Part shown: positions 1-7,620 of the stretch, piece by piece
Position numbering within the stretch: the stretch's first letter is position 1
Layout of the letters: each line of letters starts with the position of its first letter
Assembly: GCA_024720975.1 (NCBI GenBank)
Contig: JANJXX010000003.1
Span: 1-64,000 of the forward strand
From: Thermoproteota archaeon
Lineage (GTDB): Archaea; Asgardarchaeota; Njordarchaeia; Njordarchaeales; Panguiarchaeaceae
DNA length: 64,000 bases
Reading direction: 5' to 3'
The notes under the pieces: generated by a model
Database searches by the model: none
The model's input: only the letters and a program-made list of their open reading frames with translations
What the model was told of the DNA's origin: nothing
Translations under genes and position numbers: made by a program

Positions 1-255
1 AGAAATGATTTTATTAGAAGCCATAACATACAGCAGCCGTAATAACATGTGTATCATCAGAATACTCGGAACACTAAGATTTTCCGCTGAAGGATATTAA
101 TACTGAAGAATGTATCATTAATTCTATAGAAAGTTTAGGCGTCGGATTTTGGCCAAAAAAAGATACGCATACCTAGATAATCATCACAGGCTCGGAAAAA
201 GTCGTTAAAATTTATTAAGCATTTATAACATTGTATAATGCTATGATTTAACCAG

Positions 256-1008
256 TTGTCGAATTTGAATCCAAAGATATTAGCGATTATACCGACATTG
301 GATGATGACCCCTCGGACACCATAAGGAGCTTATTACATCAAACAATTAAAGTTTCCCAAATTTTTGTTGTCGTGGGATCAAAAAGGTTATACGAAAAAT
401 TAGTTTCAACTAATGAAAACAAAGATATTGTGAAGATTTTTTACGTCAAACCAGATTTTCGGGATCCTCTCGGAAAGAGAGTTGCTAAAGCCCTTAATTA
501 TGCTTTATCTATGGTAGAATTGAACAACTATGACTATTTGCTGAGGGTGGACGCGGACACTGTCTTGCCAAAGCGCTTCATTGAGGAAAATATAAAGGTA
601 AACGCTGATTATGTTGGCAAATCTGGATATGCCATGCTATTAAAAATGAACTGTTTCCTCAGAGTTTTTAAAGGGCGATTTATTGAAGTTGCTTTCGAAG
701 ACACGCACATGGGGCTTAAACTTCTCAGCCAAGGGTATAGCGTGCAATCATGGGCATTGCCACCAAAATTAAAAAGGAAAAGCGGTGCTCACCACTCATG
801 GAGATATTACTTTATCCGTGGGATGGAGCTGTATAAGCTAGGCTATGAACCTGTCCACATGGTTGAACTTATCCGTCATGACATTAGAAATATCTTTGCA
901 ATTTTAGGCTACTTTGCAGCTATAATCAAAAGGGCTCGACGCTACGATATCGCGAGCTGGGTTTTTAGAGCGCAATTGAGAAGACTCCTCTATGGAAAAG
1001 GAAAATAG
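256..1008 (+). CDS. Glycosyltransferase family 2 (GT-A fold)
   Basis: N-terminal AIIPTLDD, TIRSLLHQT, KALNYAL and DYLLRVDADT (DxD motif), later FEDTH. Confidence 0.85.
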   Translation: MSNLNPKILAIIPTLDDDPSDTIRSLLHQTIKVSQIFVVVGSKRLYEKLVSTNENKDIVKIFYVKPDFRDPLGKRVAKALNYALSMVELNNYDYLLRVDADTVLPKRFIEENIKVNADYVGKSGYAMLLKMNCFLRVFKGRFIEVAFEDTHMGLKLLSQGYSVQSWALPPKLKRKSGAHHSWRYYFIRGMELYKLGYEPVHMVELIRHDIRNIFAILGYFAAIIKRARRYDIASWVFRAQLRRLLYGKGK

Positions 1009-1202
1009 ATACAGTCATGTAGACAATATATTATAAAAGGCCTTAATGTAAGTATGGTAGGGGTATCTGGGGAGATATTGGATATGTATAGTAAAGTCTG
1101 TGAAACCAACTGCTATTTGTGATACTCATTATTCACCATTCAAAGATTATTCTTTTGAATTAACTAAGCAAGTCGCGTTCTAGAACATTCAGAAAAGTCC
1201 AA

Positions 1203-1431
1203 TTAAGAGTTCTTGAGTCTCATTCTCTTGTCCTCCTCAGGGTTCATCAGAGGGCTCATTGGAGTTAGCTCCTTTCGGGGAATCCATAACTCCCCACACA
1301 TCCTAAGGAATGTTTTCCAAATGTTTATTGATGCATTTTTCTGCCTATCTATTATAAGACCGCACCTAGGGCACTTGAAGACCGCCCCTTGGGTCTTTAT
1401 TGTAGTACCCGCATTTGGGGCAGGCCTTCGA
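1203..1431 (-). pseudogene. tnpB: IS200/IS605-family tnpB C-terminal remnant (Zn ribbon, RuvC-III, right end)
   Basis: The minus strand reads SKACPKCGYYNKDP, then after a 1-nt frameshift GAVFKCPRCGLIIDRQKNASINI. This is the double-CxxC plus DRxxNAxxNI signature. It is followed by a typical archaeal TnpB tail (…PMSPLMNPEEDK). The N-terminal part of the gene is absent. Confidence 0.85.
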
Positions 1432-1636
1432 AATACATTAATATCCTCCATATCTACTAATTATTTAAATCTACCTATTTTGAAACTGCCGACTTCGGCA
1501 ACTTTCTTAAATTGAGAAGAATAAAAATGGAAACAATTTGCAAACTTTTCAAAATGTAGAGGACGAAGTAAAAGGATTCCTATATAAGCTCGCTATTATA
1601 TTTTTATACGTTTGCATTTATAACCGATACCCTTAG

Positions 1637-1660
1637 CTTTCAATTCTCTTTGTGAGATTC
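1637..1660 (-). CRISPR. Solitary CRISPR-like repeat GAATCTCACAAAGAGAATTGAAAG (no array)
   Basis: 24 nt long with the canonical ATTGAAAG 3' handle and an internal TCTC/GAGA stem. It resembles Thermoproteales-type repeats as I recall them. Only one clear copy. Confidence 0.65.
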
Positions 1661-1680
1661 CATAAATAAATGTAAAAGTG

Positions 1681-1690
1681 TTATATAAAG
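1681..1690 (-). promoter_or_regulatory. TATA box of a leader-like promoter for the solitary repeat
   Basis: CTTTATATAA on the minus strand, 21-30 nt upstream of the repeat's first base, within an AT-rich tract. Confidence 0.45.
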
Positions 1691-1917
1691 TCAACTATTT
1701 TAAAACTATGCAACGCCCAACCACCATTCATAAAAAGCACACTTCCATTCCCTGAGTCAATTAATAGAGTTTGATTTGAGCAAGGCTAAGAACTAATCAT
1801 CATAAAAACACTTGATTCTGAGGATCTGCAATTATTAGCTGCATTTACACTTTCCGTGAGGCTAGTGAGTCTATTATAAATGCAGAAAGTTAATAGCTAA
1901 CTTTAGTTAACTTCCTG

Positions 1918-2478
1918 GTGATTAACATCGAATATCGTGATGTTGACCAGGAAAAAATTGTGGTCGGAAAAAATGTTGGTGAGTCTAGGGAAAAAATTTC
2001 CGATCGTGGTAGCTCTAGTAGTGAATGCTTTGTTGAAAAAATCTCCCTATTCACCGGTGGCGGCTTACTAAGTGTTGTTGAGATAATTAGAGATGAAGCA
2101 AAGATCATTACCGATTGGCCGGAAGAAATGACAATAGAGTCAATGAAATTCACTGCCGAAGTCTTAGATAAGTCTAGGAAGATGAAAAGAAACTTGTTTC
2201 TTGGGAAATCATGGGTCTTATACGTACCAGAAGGCAGCCAGTACATCTTATTAATCAAAGTTACCTCTAGAAGATATTTCATCCCAACAACTGGTCTGTC
2301 TCGGAGAATATGTGAAAAACTAAGAAGTATCCCTGAGGAAGCGTACACTGCAGGAGAGCTGATCGTTGATACCTTAAAAGAAGTCTTCAAATGCAACTTT
2401 AAAGTAACAGTAGGTCGGTATGAGTCATTACATAAGGAGATATTTGTACCTCTGGCGGAGCTCGTAGAACTTACGTAG
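1918..2478 (+). CDS. Hypothetical protein, possible longin-like fold
   Basis: 186-aa ORF co-oriented with pncB. The hydrophobic pattern suggests beta-beta-alpha-beta-beta-beta-alpha-alpha. Start uncertain. Confidence 0.55.
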   Translation: MINIEYRDVDQEKIVVGKNVGESREKISDRGSSSSECFVEKISLFTGGGLLSVVEIIRDEAKIITDWPEEMTIESMKFTAEVLDKSRKMKRNLFLGKSWVLYVPEGSQYILLIKVTSRRYFIPTTGLSRRICEKLRSIPEEAYTAGELIVDTLKEVFKCNFKVTVGRYESLHKEIFVPLAELVELT

Positions 2479-2542
2479 GGTCGTGCATATTTGTGCAAAA
2501 ATCAAAAATTAGATTAACTACTGCTAGAGTTTTTGTTACTTA

Positions 2543-3772
2543 ATGGTGAAGCGAATGAGCTTCGATCGACGCTTCTTCATAGCTTCTGAAGAGGACATAA
2601 AGAGTTGCAAAGTCACGGATATATACTTTATTCGTACAAAGGAAATTTTAGAGAGGGATGGTTTTGGTGACGTCGTCGTAGCTGCTGAATTTACTATTAG
2701 CTCCCTTCCAAATGATTACAAATGGCTTGTTTTTGCTGGAATGAGAGAAGTTCTTCATCTTCTTGAAGGTCTCCCTGTTGATGTGTACGCCATACCGGAG
2801 GGGACTATAATTCCATCTAGGGATCAGAACAATGTCAGAATTCCTGTGATGACTATAATTGGACCATATTCAAAATTTGCCACATATGAGACTCCAATAT
2901 TGGGATTTCTGGCTGCCGCATCTGGTTATGCTACTAAAGCTGCTAGGTTGAGGAAGAAAGCTGGAAGCGTACCCATAATTAATTTTGGTGCTAGAAGGAC
3001 CCACCCAGCAATAGCGTCCGTATGTGATTTTTACTCCTATATTGGTGGATTTGATGCTGTCTCCAATGTATTGGGGGCTGAGATTTTGGCGAAGAAGCCG
3101 ACTGGAACTATGCCTCATTCACTACTGATAATATATAGAGTCATGAAAGGAGATCATGCTTATGGCTGGAAGGCTTTTGATGATTACATGCCCCCAGACG
3201 TTCCGAGAATAATGTTATGTGACACGTTCTCTGATGAAGTTGAGGAGAGTATAAAAGCCGTTAAAGTCATCGGACCTGATAAAATTTACGGCGTTAGACT
3301 GGACACTCCCAGTAGCAGAAAAGGAAATTTTGCTGAGATACTAAAGGAGGTCAAGTGGAAATTAAAGATTGAGGGTTTCGAGCGCGTTAAGGTATTTCTC
3401 TCAGGCGGAATAAATGAGGACAACATTGAGGAGTTAGTTAAAGCAGGTGCCGATGGTTTTGGCATTGGATCTGCTATTGCAAATGCACCATTCATTGACT
3501 TTGCCATGGATATAATCGCAGTAAAGAAAAACGAAGATTGGATCTATATATCCAAGCGAGGGAAGTTCAGTGGTTTGAAACAGGTATGGAGGTTCATAAG
3601 ACCAGACGGAATTAAGTATGAGGTCACGCTTAGAGAGGAAAAACCCGCTGCAGAAGATGCTGAGCCTCTCCTTGAAAAGTGGATGGAGAATGGTAGGATC
3701 ATAAGAGAATTTCCCACACCAGATCAGTCGAGGGATTATGTGCTGAAACAGCTGAAATATTTTGATTTGTAA
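2543..3772 (+). CDS. pncB: Nicotinate phosphoribosyltransferase
   Basis: TDIYF, FGARRTHP, GTMPHS (phospho-His), VRLDTPSSR, SGGI, KRGKFSG. Confidence 0.93.
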   Translation: MVKRMSFDRRFFIASEEDIKSCKVTDIYFIRTKEILERDGFGDVVVAAEFTISSLPNDYKWLVFAGMREVLHLLEGLPVDVYAIPEGTIIPSRDQNNVRIPVMTIIGPYSKFATYETPILGFLAAASGYATKAARLRKKAGSVPIINFGARRTHPAIASVCDFYSYIGGFDAVSNVLGAEILAKKPTGTMPHSLLIIYRVMKGDHAYGWKAFDDYMPPDVPRIMLCDTFSDEVEESIKAVKVIGPDKIYGVRLDTPSSRKGNFAEILKEVKWKLKIEGFERVKVFLSGGINEDNIEELVKAGADGFGIGSAIANAPFIDFAMDIIAVKKNEDWIYISKRGKFSGLKQVWRFIRPDGIKYEVTLREEKPAAEDAEPLLEKWMENGRIIREFPTPDQSRDYVLKQLKYFDL

Positions 3773-3773
3773 T

Positions 3774-3788
3774 CCCTAAAAATTAGGG
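3774..3788. terminator. Short hairpin between convergent pncB and hisS
   Basis: CCCTAA-AAA-TTAGGG immediately after the pncB stop codon. Confidence 0.3.
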
Positions 3789-3821
3789 GTAGGGAGTTTT
3801 CTAATTTAACTCGAGAACTTC

Positions 3822-5144
3822 TTACGATGATGAAGAAATAAGCTGTATGACTTCCTCTAATGTGAGATTTTCATAGCGTCGCTGATTCTCGCGATCAAAT
3901 ACAGTGAATCTATTACTCTCCTTTTCCTTGTGTCCTATAAAGATTACATAAGGTATATTTTTGCTCTCGCAATATTCTCTTTGCTTCCTTTCCTTCCTTC
4001 GCATAAGATCCACCTGGGTTGCTATGCCACTATCTCTTAGCCTGTTAGTAATTTCCCAGCAGAATTTATAGAGTCCGGGATCAAGGCAAACCACACAGAC
4101 GCTCGTGTATGTTTTTTTGTCTAGCTTAAATAAGCCGAGTTCCAATCCAGCATCAATAATTCTCTCGATTCCAAATGATGTTCCAGTTGCCGGCAGGTCT
4201 GGACCGCCATATCTTTTAATTAGATCATCATATCTCCCACCGCCAGTCAACGATCCTATCTTTGGTTCTTCAACATATGTCTCGAATATTGGTCCAGTGT
4301 AATAGTCTAGACCTCTAACCATACTCAGATCAAATACTACTCTCTTGTGGTCCTTTATCAATTCGAACATTTCTTCTAGGTGCTGAACAGCTACTTTTAT
4401 TTTCTCATTATTAGGGAATCTAGAGCTTATTTCGCTCAATATGTCATTATAGTTGCCACTTATCAGAATCGTATTCATTATGCGATCTATATGATCCTGA
4501 GGTAGCTTAAGTGCCTCAAGCTCACTTCTTACACCATTAACGCCAATTTTGTCTAATTTGTCTATTGCCCTGAAAATAGCCAGCATGCGCTCTCTACCAT
4601 AGCTTCCAAGCCCCAGCCCCTCCTCGAAGATTCCAGTTAGGAGTCTGCGATCATTAACTCTTATGGTATATCCCGTTATGTTAAACGCTGACATGACGTC
4701 TATTATTAGATTTATGATCTCAGCATCTGCCTCAGGATATGGCGAACCAATAATATCCGCATCACACTGCCAAAATTCTCTGTATCTACCCTTCTGTGGA
4801 CTCTCATGCCTCCAAACCCTACCGATGTGATATCTCTTAAAGGGGAGTGCAACTGAACTGGAAGCAACAAACCTCGCTAGAGGAACTGTTAAGTCATATC
4901 TGAGTGCGAACCAAGTCTCACTCCAGGGATCCTGGAACTTGTAAACGAGCTTACTCTCGACTTCATCACCATACTTTCCCTTTAAAGTTTCCCAATATTC
5001 GATTGCTGGAGTTTCAAATGGATCGAATCCATACTTGATAAAGACCTTCTCGATAGTTGCCATAACCCTTTTCCTTAAAATCATGATGTCAGGTGGAAAA
5101 TCACGAAATCCTTTCGGTACCTTATAGATTGTCATAGGTTCCAT
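3822..5144 (-). CDS. hisS: Histidyl-tRNA synthetase
   Basis: PKGFRDF, LRYDLTVPLAR, WRHESPQKGRYREFWQCDAD, RGLDYYTG, GGGRYD, plus an anticodon-binding C-terminal domain. Confidence 0.97.
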   Translation of the reverse strand: MEPMTIYKVPKGFRDFPPDIMILRKRVMATIEKVFIKYGFDPFETPAIEYWETLKGKYGDEVESKLVYKFQDPWSETWFALRYDLTVPLARFVASSSVALPFKRYHIGRVWRHESPQKGRYREFWQCDADIIGSPYPEADAEIINLIIDVMSAFNITGYTIRVNDRRLLTGIFEEGLGLGSYGRERMLAIFRAIDKLDKIGVNGVRSELEALKLPQDHIDRIMNTILISGNYNDILSEISSRFPNNEKIKVAVQHLEEMFELIKDHKRVVFDLSMVRGLDYYTGPIFETYVEEPKIGSLTGGGRYDDLIKRYGGPDLPATGTSFGIERIIDAGLELGLFKLDKKTYTSVCVVCLDPGLYKFCWEITNRLRDSGIATQVDLMRRKERKQREYCESKNIPYVIFIGHKEKESNRFTVFDRENQRRYENLTLEEVIQLISSSS

Positions 5145-5383
5145 CCTAATGCAGACTTAGTTCTCATTACTGAAAGATATTATATAACTGCTTATTGATA
5201 ATTTGCACTTATTACATAAGTGGTTGTTCATGTTGCTTTAGATTTGTCTGGGTATTTTAGATAACGAGTATTATCAACACGGGTTTCCCTTGGCACCTGC
5301 TCACAGAAAGATGCCTAGGACCCGGAATATAGAAATAACCCGAACAACTAAGAAAAACCAAAAACTAAACAACCAATACATAA

Positions 5384-5403
5384 CAGCACATATCAATGTG
5401 CTG
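5384..5403. terminator. Perfect 8-bp inverted repeat downstream of the REase gene
   Basis: CAGCACAT-ATCA-ATGTGCTG, 25 nt past the REase stop codon. Could be a terminator or an operator. Confidence 0.3.
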
Positions 5404-5428
5404 GTTTGCAGCTGAAGGATAAAGCAAT

Positions 5429-6181
5429 CTATTTTACGAGCTCGAACAAAAGAGTTTCCATATCATCCACTTGCTTGATCTTCTTAATGAGTAAGTTGAA
5501 ATCTCTTCTGCCTCCGTACTTTTCTCTATACAATTTTACTAGGGACTCGTATCTCGTTGGATCTGTTATTATTACATAGTCAATTACGTGCAGTATTATG
5601 TATCTATTCGATTCGTTCCTAAGCTCATAATCCTTATCTATGGTTATAAATATGATCTTTATGTTCTTAGTGTTAACATGTTTCTCTAATTCTCTTTTCC
5701 AAAAAGCTGTCTCAGTCAGTCTTTCCCTTAAACTTGTCTTACAGGATGCTATAGCTTTAACAAGTTGGTTATTCTTGTCAACAATTAATAAGTCTACATC
5801 TGGAAGAATATCATTCCAGTTCCTAATAACGATCTGATCTCTATATGCATCGACTTCGTGTCCTCTAACCACTTGTAATAAGTTTCTCAATTGGGAATTG
5901 TCTATAACTTGCTTAATAGCCTCAAACACGGCATATTCATATAAAACTCCCTTGTATGTTTTCCACGCTTGGTCGGCACTTCTTAAGTTCTTGTAGAATT
6001 GGTTTAAATCACGGCGAATTTGAGTTTCAGATATCCTTTCAAAGCATTTAACTGCCTGTAAGTAATCTCCCTGAAAACCTTTGGTCACTATATTCTTGTA
6101 GCAGTTAATTAAATGATCTAAAGCATCTTTCTTATATCTATACCCTCTCCTCATCATGTCACGCACTCTTACTGAGAACAT
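5429..6181 (-). CDS. Type II restriction endonuclease, BsaWI/Cfr10I-like (CCGG family)
   Basis: KGVLYE, LPDVDLLIV and SCKTSLRERLTETAFWK (PD…KxxxRER motif of CCGG-family REases). Lies 8 nt downstream of an MTase gene. Confidence 0.85.
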   Translation of the reverse strand: MFSVRVRDMMRRGYRYKKDALDHLINCYKNIVTKGFQGDYLQAVKCFERISETQIRRDLNQFYKNLRSADQAWKTYKGVLYEYAVFEAIKQVIDNSQLRNLLQVVRGHEVDAYRDQIVIRNWNDILPDVDLLIVDKNNQLVKAIASCKTSLRERLTETAFWKRELEKHVNTKNIKIIFITIDKDYELRNESNRYIILHVIDYVIITDPTRYESLVKLYREKYGGRRDFNLLIKKIKQVDDMETLLFELVK

Positions 6182-6189
6182 TGTGGTGT

Positions 6190-7029
6190 TTATTTAAAGT
6201 ACTCGTACAGCTTTACGTGGTTGATACCAGCTTCTTTCTTCAGTCTCTGCACTGCTGTATCACAATACTTCCTCTCTATCTCGACACCTATCCCCCTCCT
6301 ACTCGTCAGGGCTGCCGCCACCAGAGTGGTTCCACTCCCAAGGAAGGGATCTAACACCACGTCGTCTATATAAGTGAAGAGCTTTATGCATCTCTTCGGC
6401 AGCTCAACGGGAAAGGGCGCTGGGTGCCCAACCTTCTTTGGGTTCTCCCCGGGGAACGTCCACAGGCCGTTGGTCCACTCTATGAACTCTTCTCTAGTTA
6501 TATCCGATATACCTTGCCTGACCTTCTTCCACTTCTCCTTATACATCACTACTACGACCTCCACAGGAGCTATCACGTATGGAGCGCTAGCGGAGCACCA
6601 ACTACCCCAGGCCGTCCTTCTGGATATGTTTCCCTCGTTCCACACAATCGTGGTGAAGTACCTCCAGCCGACGCGCTTAGCTACCTCAACTATGTCCGCG
6701 TAGACGCTCTGGAAGCCCTCTTCATCCCTTCCTTTACTCTTGTCCAGTGGGATGTTGAGGCAGAGCCTCCCATCGGGCTTCGCAAGCTCTAAAGCCTTAG
6801 CAAGCCACTTCTCCGTGAACTCTAGGTACTTATCGTAGGGGATGTCGTCTCTGTAGATCCCGTATTTGATGTCTACGTTGTATGGCGGGGAAGTAACTAT
6901 TAGGTCGATGCTTCCGTTCTCTATCAGGTTGGTAGAGAGAAAGTCATCGTTTATAACAGCTATCCTACCATCACGAGAGACAAACACAACGCTATCATCA
7001 ACCTTCTTAAGCGGCAGTTGTCCGAACAT
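6190..7029 (-). CDS. Site-specific DNA methyltransferase, beta class, probably N4-cytosine
   Basis: Motif IV DLIVTSPPYN precedes HPAPFP and motif I VLDPFLGSGTT (beta order). SPPY favours m4C. Confidence 0.93.
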   Translation of the reverse strand: MFGQLPLKKVDDSVVFVSRDGRIAVINDDFLSTNLIENGSIDLIVTSPPYNVDIKYGIYRDDIPYDKYLEFTEKWLAKALELAKPDGRLCLNIPLDKSKGRDEEGFQSVYADIVEVAKRVGWRYFTTIVWNEGNISRRTAWGSWCSASAPYVIAPVEVVVVMYKEKWKKVRQGISDITREEFIEWTNGLWTFPGENPKKVGHPAPFPVELPKRCIKLFTYIDDVVLDPFLGSGTTLVAAALTSRRGIGVEIERKYCDTAVQRLKKEAGINHVKLYEYFK

Positions 7030-7620
7030 TGTACTTAATCACCATCACCAATGATTCTCATCCTTCCTCCCTCACCTCTATAGCTATTGGTTCATTGGGG
7101 GCTTTCTAGGACAACAGAGTCCTCATCCTAAGCGCGATCACTATATCTTAGGCATAAGTCCATTCAGTGCTCTACTCATTAAATACAGAATACGCTAAAA
7201 CATTCATAAAGATCCATCTATTTGGGAGCTGCTGTTCAACCTCTGTAGTTCAGCGACTTTTGTTTTCAAGCAGAGATTTCGCAGTTGCACTTTAGGCAAT
7301 TAGAGTATCGGTTTCTCTTTTGTTCTAAGTACCTATAGCAGCTAAAAACCGTTTAAGGGCTTCCATAGAGGAAAATAGTCCAAGCTATAAGACGAATAAA
7401 GCCCTTTTGCTAAAGCTATATCCAACAATCATAGCACGAACAGGCTTTATATGTGTCGATATCAACTATAGCTATTGATTGACTGCTGTTAGTATACTTA
7501 CAAATTTTTACTCATCAATTTTTGATAATTTGAAGCTGTATTAACTGATACGAAACTATCACTAGAGGCGTAATGCAAGATACAAGTCTTTTGCAGTTGT
7601 GCTAATTATAGGTGCGTTCA

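Noticed and set aside
1-250. Possible decayed GT4 glycosyltransferase tail (EMILLEAI…)
   Set aside because: Only a 6-residue resemblance, interrupted by stops and cut by the window edge.
1890-2498. 202-aa minus-strand ORF
   Set aside because: Ser/Thr-rich antisense shadow of 1918..2478; the plus-strand ORF has more protein-like composition and matches pncB orientation.
3828-3884. ATGATGA…CTGA box C/D-like spacing
   Set aside because: It lies antisense within the hisS Ser-codon tail, with no convincing internal D'/C' boxes.
7078-7477. 12-bp direct repeat CTATAGCTATTG at 7078 and 7466
   Set aside because: No terminal inverted repeats or transposase between the copies, so it cannot be supported as a target-site duplication.
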